Origin: a virus | Reading direction: 5' to 3' (one strand) | Length of the DNA: 64,000 nt | IMG/VR virus record: IMGVR_UViG_3300045988_029408 | Span: 1-64,000 of that record | Shown here: positions 12,301 through 20,945 of the stretch, piece after piece | Position numbering within the stretch: position 1 is the stretch's first letter | Layout of the letters: each line of letters begins with the position of its first letter | The notes under the pieces: model-generated | What the model was told of the DNA's origin: nothing | What the model saw: only the letters and a program-made list of their open reading frames with translations | Databases searched by the model: none | Translations under genes and position numbers: made by a program

Positions 12301-13342
12301 TTATTCTGCTGGAGGATGGAGAGATGTAGATTTGCTAGAAGATAATAACATAAATGTAATGATTAAAATACCTGAATTTTGGTGGATAGATGATTATATA
12401 GAATCTACTGAAACACATAATTTAAAAATATGTCCACATGCCAAACCAGGATGGCATCACCATAAAGAAGCTTATGTGTCTGCATATGAAGGTTATATTG
12501 ATGGAAATTATTATAGATCTTCTAAAAATAAAATACCTAGTGTTAATTTCACAAGATCTACTGTAAGACCAAAAGCAAGAGCTAATGGTTTAGGAAATTC
12601 ATGGAATATATATACATATAATGAACATAGAGCCATATGTCATTTGTTCTTAGTAGAATATGCTACCAGAAATAGTCAAAAAGCAGTTAATACTGCATTA
12701 ACAGTTGAAGGATTTAGACAAGGTGGATTAGGTTCTGGTTGTACTACAGGTACAGTAACTATCAACGGAACTACAACTTACTCGTTTATTCCTACTGGAA
12801 GTTCTGATAGTTTAGGTAGTGGTTCTGGTGAAGTTACAGTAACTATACAATAGACAGATTCATCTGGCTCTAATACTACAACTACTACAAGAAAGTGTAA
12901 TAGATATAGAGGAATAGAGAATCCATTTGGGCATGTGTGGAAACACACTGACGATGTTATTAGTGTATATATTTCTGGTTACAGCGCTAGATTTTGGTAT
13001 AAGTGCGATTCTCCAGATCATTTCGGTGATTCTATCTCGAATAATAATCCGTACTATAAAAATATAGCAGCAAATGCTGTAGTTACTGGATACAAAACAA
13101 AAATAGTAACTACGTCTACGTGTGACTTTTTCGCTTTATCTTGCAACAATGGTTCAGAAACAACATACTGGTGTGACTATAATTGGGATAATACGGATGG
13201 TTCATTACATTGTTTGTTAATAGGTGGTAGCTCTGACGATGGCGGCAGAGCGGGTCTGTTCTATCTTAATTCCGGTAATGAGGTTGGTAATTCCTATGCT
13301 AATATCGGTTCTCGATTAACATATCTCCCGTGGGCGGAGTAA
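9377..13342 (+). CDS. Tail fiber / receptor-binding protein (1,321 codons) with a C-terminal DGR-diversified lectin/FGE-like domain
   Basis: Frame-2 track ORFs 9377, 11342, 12215 and 12935 plus all gaps were read codon by codon. 14 in-frame TAGs, first TAA at 13340-13342. C-terminal RYRGIENPFGHVWKHTDD ... GGSSDDGGRAGLFYLNSGNEVGNSYANIGSRL matches the usual DGR target-domain pattern. The VR lies in the last ~45 codons. Confidence 0.85.
11087..11299 (+). repeat. Fiber module, copy 2 (paralogous to 8994-9203)
   Basis: Same motif order as copy 1, inside the long fiber gene. Confidence 0.6.
13213..13313 (+). repeat. DGR variable repeat (VR)
   Basis: 101-nt alignment to 13427-13527 at a constant offset of 214. 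There are 21 mismatches, every one at a template adenine. All 60 non-A positions are identical. Confidence 0.92.
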
Positions 13343-13426
13343 TGACTTAATTATGCAATACGGTATAGTTAAGTAATACCCACAGGTTGCTTCTCTAGAA
13401 TTAGAACGAGTATGCATTATTAGTTT

Positions 13427-13527
13427 TAAGTAAAAAAGTAGTAACTCTGACAATAGCAGCAAAGCAGGTCTATTCAATCTTAATTCCAATAATGAGGTTA
13501 GTAATTCCAATGCTAATATCAGTTCAA
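13427..13527 (+). repeat. DGR template repeat (TR)
   Basis: Non-coding copy (contains TAA in the VR-equivalent frame). A-rich, with AAT/AAC/AGC codon equivalents. Lies between the target gene and the RT. Confidence 0.92.
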
Positions 13528-13666
13528 TGAAATTGCGTATCATAATATTTTCAGTTTATCATATAATAGCCAACTACTGAGAAGGACCTTACCACTTGGT
13601 AAAAAATATAAATAATTTATTAAGGGTTAGTAGTGAAATATCGAAAGCTCTTTGTAATTTCAGACT

Positions 13667-14695
13667 ATGAAGAAATTTAAGAATTTATATTAGAAGATAA
13701 CAGATTTAGATAATATAAAGCTAGCTCATCATAATGCTAGAAAGAATAAAACTCATAGAAACGATGTAAAGAAAGTAGATGCAGATATAGAAAGATTTTG
13801 TAAGTAGATACATGATATGTTAATCAATCATACTTATAAAACTTCTGAATATTTTACTTTTAAGTTATATGAACCTAAAGAAAGAATAATATTTAAACTA
13901 CCTTACTTTCCAGATCGTATAGTACATCACGCTATTATGAACATAATGGAACCTTTGTGGATCAATTAGATGATACCTTAGACTTATAGCTGTATTAAGA
14001 AAAGAGGAATTCACAAAGTTCTTAAGTAGATATAGCATGATCTGAAAGATAGAAAGAATACTAAATACTGTCTTAAAATAGATATTAGAAAGTTTTATCC
14101 TTCAGTAGATCACGATATATTAAAATAGATAATTAGAATAAAGGTATCAGATAGAGAACTGTTATAGTTGTTAGATGAAATAATAGATTCATCAGATGGA
14201 GTGCCTATTGGTAATTACTTATCTTAGTTCTTTGCTAATCTATATCTATCTTACTTTGATCACTGGGTTAAAGAAGATAAAAACATAAAGTATTATTATA
14301 GATATGCAGATGATATAGTAATACTTTATAAAGATAAAGAGTCTTTGTAGACATTACTTAGAGATATAAAGTAGTATCTAAAAGATAATTTAAAACTATA
14401 GTTAAAGAATAATTATCAGGTATTCCCAGTAGAAAGTAGAAGTATAGATTTTGTGGGATATAAAATATATCATAATTTTACTTTAGTTAGAAAAGCATTG
14501 AAGAAAAGATACTGTAAGAAGAATGCTAAACTGAATAAAAGAAGTACTAACTATAAATATTATAAAAGAAAAATGGCTAGCTATATAGGATGGTTTAAAC
14601 ATGCTAACTGTTATTCTTTACTTACTAAAACTATTAAACATAAAGAGCTATTAGATTACCTGGATATACGTAAAGGAAATAGAACATACGAATAA
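13667..14695 (+). CDS. DGR reverse transcriptase (342 codons, 12 in-frame TAG)
   Basis: ATG 13667 to TAA 14693-14695, frame 2. Only the last 80 codons appear in the ORF track. Joined translation has PDRIVHHAIMNI, KIDIRKFYPSVDH, VPIGNYLS(TAG)FFANLYL and YYRYADDIVIL (YADD at 14303-14314). Confidence 0.9.
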
Positions 14696-14736
14696 TGAGT
14701 ACGTTATAGTTATATAATTGCAGAGACTTTAACATA

Positions 14737-14768
14737 TGCTAGCAGTAATCATACCGACTAGCATTTTT
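14737..14768 (+). terminator. Weak rho-independent terminator after the RT
   Basis: TGCTAG / CTAGCA 6-bp stem, 15-nt loop, then TTTTT at 14764-14768. Confidence 0.45.
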
Positions 14769-14815
14769 ATTTCAGATAAAACTTAAGTAACGTGTTAAGC
14801 AGAAGTGAATAGATA

Positions 14816-15334
14816 ATGAACCTCGTAAAACGTATATTTGCTAACGGATACCAATCTATAATAGGTTGGTTAGGTGGACTTGCAACTATACTAGCCCCAT
14901 CAGTGCCTTTGATAGGAGTTACGTTCTTATTCATAATATTAGACTTAATCTATGGTTATAAAGTTTGCAAAAAGTTTACCGGATCTAAACATTTTGAATC
15001 TGGTAAGTTCTGGAATACTCTAGAGAAGTTAGGGTTTGCAGCTATAATGATAGCTGGTTTTACTTTTTTAGATAAGTTTATATTTATGACATATGCGGAT
15101 CTGGTGCTAGCTAAAGTTGCAGCAGGTGCTATATGTGTTGCAGAAATAATTTCATTATTAGAGTCTAGGAAAGCATTAAAACCTAATTCACTAATAACAA
15201 AACTGTTTACAAAGATAATAAAGTCTAAGGCAGAAAAATATTTAGATGTAGATATAACAGACATCTTAGAAGAACAAAATACTATTACAAATGATACCAA
15301 TACTGATAAGTCTAGCAAAAAGATTAATAAGTAA
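14816..15334 (+). CDS. Holin (Phage_holin_4_1-like multi-TM protein)
   Basis: Several hydrophobic helices. LDLIYGYKV...SGKFWNTLEKLG and CVAEIISLLES resemble the holin family 4 signature. No TAG. Stops on TAA. Confidence 0.65.
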   Translation: MNLVKRIFANGYQSIIGWLGGLATILAPSVPLIGVTFLFIILDLIYGYKVCKKFTGSKHFESGKFWNTLEKLGFAAIMIAGFTFLDKFIFMTYADLVLAKVAAGAICVAEIISLLESRKALKPNSLITKLFTKIIKSKAEKYLDVDITDILEEQNTITNDTNTDKSSKKINK

Positions 15335-15368
15335 CATTATCGGTTGGTTTAAAAGGAATTACAAAGCA

Positions 15369-15947
15369 ATGGCAGTGATTATCATTATGATTCTCGCTGC
15401 CATTTGTTTTTATTAGAATAACTAGCTAGATAAGAAGAATAGAGAAATAGATAGAGTAACTAATAACTATCTTTACTATGAATAGCTAGCAACATAGTAG
15501 AAGAATGATAATAGAGTTCTATAGCTTACTCTAGATGAATTTAAAGAAACCAAAGATAGCTTGATACAAGAAGTACATGCTACAGTAAAGAAATTAAAGA
15601 TCAAAGAGAAGGAGTTGAAATAGGTACAGATATAGGAGTAGAAAGTAGTACATGATACTACAGTAGTAGTTAGATCAACTGACTTTAAAGTGGAAATCAA
15701 ACCAAACAATTTGACATCAATCATAATAAATAAAAGAGATACGCTCCTAACACATAGTATCGACATTCGCAATACACAATCACTATTTATTCATACTAAA
15801 AAAGAATATAAGCGTAATTATAAGAATTGGTTCTAGCGACTCCTTCACTTTGATTTTAAAAAACGAACTATTTATAAGTACCAAATTGATAACAGTAACA
15901 AGTTAATCAATGTAGAAAATACTAGAATAATAGATTTATCAAAATGA
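15369..15947 (+). CDS. Spanin-like lysis accessory protein (N-terminal TM plus coiled coil)
   Basis: ATG 15369 to TGA 15945-15947, frame read codon by codon. 10 in-frame TAGs including a TAG-TAG pair. N-terminus is MAVIIIMILAAICFY. Invisible in the ORF track. Confidence 0.6.
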
Positions 15948-16579
15948 ACTTTATAAGTCGAATAATTAAATCAATTAATGCAATGAGAGAAAGACTGAAA
16001 ATAGAGCGTCATGAGGCTATGTATGGTCCACACTTCAATGAAGAATGTGCACTAAAAGCAGTCTCTAAGATGGAAAACGAAGATGGCTCTCGTGGAGAAC
16101 ATTGGAGTTTAGAAGAAACTACTTCAATCGCTAACCAGTACGGAATCAATCTGAAAGGTGAGAAATACAACAAGTATGATTGGTACGTTGCTCTCAATAT
16201 GATACGTTCCGACTATTATCGTGCAGTTGTTACTATGACAAGCAGTGATCACATTAAATACTTTGTAGAACTAGCAAAAGCCTGGTTGAATGACAAAGAT
16301 ATAGAAGAAGGAAAGATGTGGTATTACTATTGCTATATTATGTGTGATAAATTGCGCAAAGAAGCTAAGACGATGTTAATGCTTGAAGACGATGAAGATG
16401 AAGAACATGAGTATCGTTATGCTCGTGGTGGTAGAGGACGTGGAAGAGGTAGAGGAGGAAGAATGACTCGCTACGGTTATGACTATGACGAAGACGATGA
16501 ATATTTAGATCGTGAACGTGAAGAGGAAAGAATGCATAGATATGAACCTATGTATGAAAGAAGAATATCAAGATATTAA
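15944..16579 (+). CDS. Hypothetical protein with RGG box and acidic/Arg-rich tail
   Basis: Intact ORF without TAG. Contains RGGRGRGRGRGGR followed by DYDEDDEYLDREREEE. Confidence 0.8.
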   Translation: MNFISRIIKSINAMRERLKIERHEAMYGPHFNEECALKAVSKMENEDGSRGEHWSLEETTSIANQYGINLKGEKYNKYDWYVALNMIRSDYYRAVVTMTSSDHIKYFVELAKAWLNDKDIEEGKMWYYYCYIMCDKLRKEAKTMLMLEDDEDEEHEYRYARGGRGRGRGRGGRMTRYGYDYDEDDEYLDREREEERMHRYEPMYERRISRY

Positions 16580-16593
16580 TTTAATCAAAATTT

Positions 16594-17535
16594 ATGAGAA
16601 CTATGTACGAACCTGAAAAAATTTTAGTACAAAGCGCTGGTATAGATCCAGGTGTAGCTGCACTTTTGCAGAATGCAAACAAAGGTAATATGGACCCTGC
16701 TGCTCTTATGGCTATGATGAACAACGGCGGTTTCGGTGGAAACGGCGGTTGGTGGTGGATTTGGATCATCCTAATCTTCTTCTGCTGGGGTGGTTTTGGA
16801 GGTAACGGTTTTGGTAGAGGTAGTGATGATGCTAGTCGTCTTGCTTCTCAGTTGAATACCGATACTAACACAAGTCTGTTAATGCAGGCTATTCAAGGTA
16901 ACAAAGATGCTATCAGTTCTTTGTCTAATACTTTAAATTGTGATATTAATGCTGTACAGACAGCTTTGAATACTATTAATACTAGCGTAAGTCAGATTGC
17001 TTGTGATACTAAATTAGCTAGCTGTGAAGTAATTAATGCTATTACTTCTGGTAATGCTAACTTAGCTTCTCAATTGGCTAACTGCTGCTGCCAGACTCAA
17101 CGTTCAATTGACTCTGTTAATTTGAACTTGACTCAAATGAATGCAGACAATAGACTGTCTATCTGTCAGCAAACTAATACTTTGTAGAATGCAATTACTA
17201 GTGGATTCAATAACTTACTAACAGATAATGCTAACAAATTTAATGTAATTGGCGCTAAGATAGATGCACAGACTCAGATGATCAATGATAAATTCTGTCA
17301 GCTGGAAATGCGTGAAATGCAGAATAAGATTGACACATTGCGAGATGAAAAACAAGGATACCAATTATCTGCTCTTACTCAGCAATAGACTCAAAACTTA
17401 GTTAATCAGTTGCGTCCTTGTCCAGTACCTGCTTACTTAACTTGTAACCCATTCGGATGTAACGGTGGTTTGAATAGTTACGGATACGGTTATCCTTATG
17501 GATACGAAGGTGGATGCAACAGCTGTGGTTGCTGA
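16594..17535 (+). CDS. Hypothetical membrane protein (Gly/Trp-rich TM, Cys-rich C-terminus)
   Basis: ATG 16594. TAGs at 17185 and 17386 are read through to TGA 17533-17535. Contains GGWWWIWIILIFFCWGG and a ...CNPFGCNGG...GGCNSCGC tail. Confidence 0.75.
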
Positions 17536-17561
17536 TTGTTAAACTAATAATACATTGAATT

Positions 17562-17990
17562 ATGAATCCATATTTTTTACCCTATTCGCAATGGACTCCT
17601 AGAATGTTATCTAGTAGATTTCCAGTAACTAGATTAAATCGTAACGGAGTTCCTTCACTGCGTACTATATCTGTAACTACAGATACAACTGGTTCAGCAG
17701 TTATATATAATATTTGCCCTTGGCGTTGGAAACAACTTTGCAATGAAGGGTTAATGATCCTGCGAATCTCACAAGTTCCAGCTACTGGTTCAGAAACTTT
17801 TGTAGTTTCTATTAATCCTAATAGCACTCAAAATACTACTGTTACCACAACTGGTATTCCATTGATTGGCAGTACTGGAGTTTAGTTAACATCTGCTGAT
17901 GTAGTAAATGGTAATAGATTACTAGTATATTTTAATAAATGCGAAGGTATTTTCCAAGTGGTCAATCATATACCTACTACTACAGCATAA
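17562..17990 (+). CDS. Hypothetical protein
   Basis: ATG 17562. TAG 17883 is read through to TAA 17988-17990. Confidence 0.7.
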
Positions 17991-17999
17991 AATTAATAC

Positions 18000-18023
18000 A
18001 GGGCTACTGTAAAAGGTAGCCCT
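18000..18023 (+). terminator. Stem-loop (8-bp AGGGCTAC / GTAGCCCT), no T-tract
   Basis: Perfect 8-bp stem with an 8-nt loop, directly after the TAA. Confidence 0.35.
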
Positions 18024-18041
18024 ACTAAAACCAATTCAATT

Positions 18042-18620
18042 ATGTTATTTAGTCAATTAAAAATAGGAGATCACGTACACGTATTAGAAGTTCTAGGAAC
18101 GTTTAAAAAGACTACTGTTTATAGTCTTGGTTCTATTACTTAGGTTTCAAATCCTTATGATGAAGCTTTACCTCAGGGTTAGTTTCCAATACCAGGATAG
18201 AGCAGACGTAAACTAGTTGATGTGTTTATTAGCTGTAATGGAGAATCTAAGAAACTATCAGTGCCAGCTGAACGTTCAATAATTAATGATACTTCTATAG
18301 GACTTACTGTTGCTACCAATAAAGAAGAAATAGCTAATATGGTTAGATAGAACTATAATGAGTTCAAAGCTAAAAAAGAAGCAGCAAGTAAGTATGATGA
18401 AGAAATGGAGAAGTGTAAAGACATTTTAGATCAACTAGAAGCACAGGTAGAAGCTCCTATAATAACAAATACTATTGACAATAGTAAAGAAATAAATGAT
18501 TTAAAAAATGATGTTGCTGATATTAGGAAGATGATAGAAGATGCTAAGAAGATGTTTATGGGAGGGTTCCCAAAACCACCAATGCCACCTATGCCTAATG
18601 TACCAGCTCCAATGAAATAA
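18042..18620 (+). CDS. Hypothetical protein with Pro/Met-rich C-terminus
   Basis: ATG 18042. 4 in-frame TAGs. Joins track ORF 18405-18620. Stops on TAA. Confidence 0.7.
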
Positions 18621-18659
18621 TACTCGGCAACGCTCACAACGTTCGCTCACCTCTACGAG

Positions 18660-18689
18660 GCTCGCTCACTGTATAGTGGACGAGCTTTT
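18660..18689 (+). terminator. Rho-independent terminator
   Basis: GCTCGCTCACT / AGTGGACGAGC stem (one mismatch, one G-U), GTAT loop, then TTTTGTTATTT. Confidence 0.7.
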
Positions 18690-18714
18690 GTTATTTATAT
18701 GTGTTAATAATATT

Positions 18715-18749
18715 TCCTCGCTTCGCTCAGAGTTCCTTCGCTTCGCTCG
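18715..18749 (+). repeat. Direct repeat TCCT(T)CGCTTCGCTC x2 in a GC-rich intergenic patch
   Basis: CGCTTCGCTC occurs at 18719-18728 and 18739-18748. Three further CGCTCA copies lie at 18631-18668. Confidence 0.7.
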
Positions 18750-18883
18750 GAAAATTATTATAAAGCTTTTTAAGAAAGGCTATTAGTTTCTGTTAAGGAG
18801 TGTATCTAAGATACTATAAAAATTTACAGTAAGTCTTAAAATGCGTTTTATGACTATTATAATTATAATTTAAATATATAGAT

Positions 18884-19549
18884 ATGACATTAAATGAGCT
18901 CATTGATGATATTCTATTAGAAGCTAGAAACAACTAGATTACTGAGAGTGAAAAGCTCAGTAGATACTAGATAGAATTGTGGATTAAAACATATCGAGCT
19001 TACCTATTAAAACAGAAGTTAGATAAGGGAGAGCAATTAGACTAGATCTTCTATTAGACTATACGCATGCATTTGGATAAAATAGAAGAAGATCCAGGTC
19101 ATGCAGAATACCAAGGAGATAAAGAATTACCGACTTTACTTGGTACTAAACTTACTACTTCAGTAATAACAGTAAAAGATGCCTATGGTAATATTATTCA
19201 ATTAGGTTCTGAAACTAAGATGAAATTCTAGAAATATAGAAAGTATACCTGTAAAGATTATATTGCATATGTTAAAGGTAATAGAATATATGTAGAAGGT
19301 GATGCTAACCAACTAGAATATATTGATGTAGAAATAATTGCTGAAGATCCTACTGAAGACAAACTATGCTATGATCCAGATAAGGATGAATATCCTTTAC
19401 CAGCTTATATGTGGGGTACAGTTAAGTAGTTAATCTTTACTAAGGATTTCTTAACTATGAGATAGCAAGTATCTGATACTACTAATGATAGTAAAGATGA
19501 TACTTAGAATGTAATGAATTAGAATATTAATAGAAGTATAAGACGATGA
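18884..19549 (+). CDS. Hypothetical virion-module protein
   Basis: ATG 18884 to TGA 19547-19549, read codon by codon. 9 in-frame TAGs. Absent from the ORF track. Confidence 0.7.
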
Positions 19550-20013
19550 ATGAATTGAATAAATCAGCATTTAAAACCGCCTCCTATACTATTCCATCGT
19601 TTTATAATTCTTATTTAGAAAGTATTGAACCAGATACTGTTTACGATATTGATTATACTACATACAGAAAAATAATAACAGAATACTTTCAATATCTGAG
19701 AGATTAGATAATAGAAGAAAGTAAAAGAGTAAAATTACCATATAGAATGGGTAGTTTACAAATAATCAAAAAGCAACCAAAACACTTAGATAGTAGAAGT
19801 CTTAGAATTGATTATTAGGCTACTAAAGAATATGGAAAGTTAATTTACTTACTAAACGAACACTCTAATGGATATAAGTATAGGCTATATTGGGATAAAT
19901 AGGATTTACTAGTTAAAAATAAAAGTAAATACTAGATACAATTAAGTAGAGCTAATAAGAGAAATTTGGCTAGCATAATTAAAAATAAAGTTCACGATTA
20001 CGAAGAAATATGA
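19546..20013 (+). CDS. Hypothetical virion-module protein
   Basis: ATGA overlap at 19546. 4 in-frame TAGs. TGA at 20011-20013. Absent from the ORF track. Confidence 0.7.
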
Positions 20014-20945
20014 TTTACAAAATGACAAGTAGTAAAGCCGTGATTGCTAAAGTAATTGCGGACTTAGGTTTAAATGAAACTGAAATACCTATTACAGACA
20101 TCAAACAATGGATAGGCGAGAGTTTAATGAATATAGGTTCTGTTAATCAATTAGATCATAAAGTAGAAGTAATACCTATCAATGGTTATTAGGCTAAGTT
20201 ACCATGTGACTTAGAAAGATTAAATAGCGTAGCTTACTCTACATGTGATTGTGGTGGTTGGATACCTATGAAGAAGAGTACGGGTACATTCAGTGTATAT
20301 GATAAGAAAGATAACTGTGATTGTTGTAATATGATTATACACGATGATGTATTAATACCATTAGTAAAGAACCTTCACAATATTACTAAAGATAAAGACG
20401 CATTAGAAATACTTAATAAAGATACTAATACTAGATAGACGCTTAGCGCATTAATTAATAATTATACAGTTTGTAGCAAAAATGGTAGATTACAGCACAC
20501 TAGTTTTAATGGTACTAATTTCAGTTATACGCCACAATATGATGTCAAACCAGGATATCTCATCACAAATGTTCCAGAAGGATATGCAAAAATCTCATAT
20601 CACGCTATCTATACTGACGAGGATGGCATGCCTATGATACCTGATGTATAGTCTTACTTTGAAGCTTGTTTCTGGTACTGTGCATAGAAAATACTTTATA
20701 TTAAATATATAAGAGGAGATGTACATAGATAGTTATGGTTAGATGCCAAGAACTCTTATAATTTTTATAGAAAGCAAGCTTATGCAGAATCATTAATGCC
20801 GAACCAGGATCAACTAACTAATATCAAGTACACATGGAATACATTAGTTCCAGAAATAGATGAAGAACGTACTTTCTTTAGTACTACTGGTGATAGACAA
20901 GAAATTTATAATTAGAATTACAATTATAATAGATTATGGAGATAA
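20010..20945 (+). CDS. Hypothetical virion-module protein
   Basis: ATG 20010 overlaps the upstream stop. 6 in-frame TAGs. TAA at 20943-20945. Confidence 0.75.

Larger units (their letters stand above)
13213..14695 (+). mobile_element. Diversity-generating retroelement cassette (VR - TR - RT); no Avd-like ORF seen
   Basis: VR/TR pair with adenine-specific mismatches, plus an adjacent RT gene carrying YADD and IGxxxSQ motifs. Confidence 0.9.

Noticed and set aside
13316-13543. Minus-strand 75-aa ORF spanning the VR-TR interval, considered as a possible Avd-like DGR accessory gene
   Set aside because: It is a Leu-rich, low-complexity translation antisense to the fiber C-terminus and the TR, so its apparent coding potential is a by-product of the repeat. 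No plus-strand ORF longer than about 8 codons exists in 13343-13666 under either code.
18621-18760. CRISPR-like array formed by the CGCTC / CGCTTCGCTC repeats
   Set aside because: The repeats are only 6-15 nt long, irregularly spaced (8-20 nt), and partly form a terminator stem. There are no cas genes or spacer-sized intervals.
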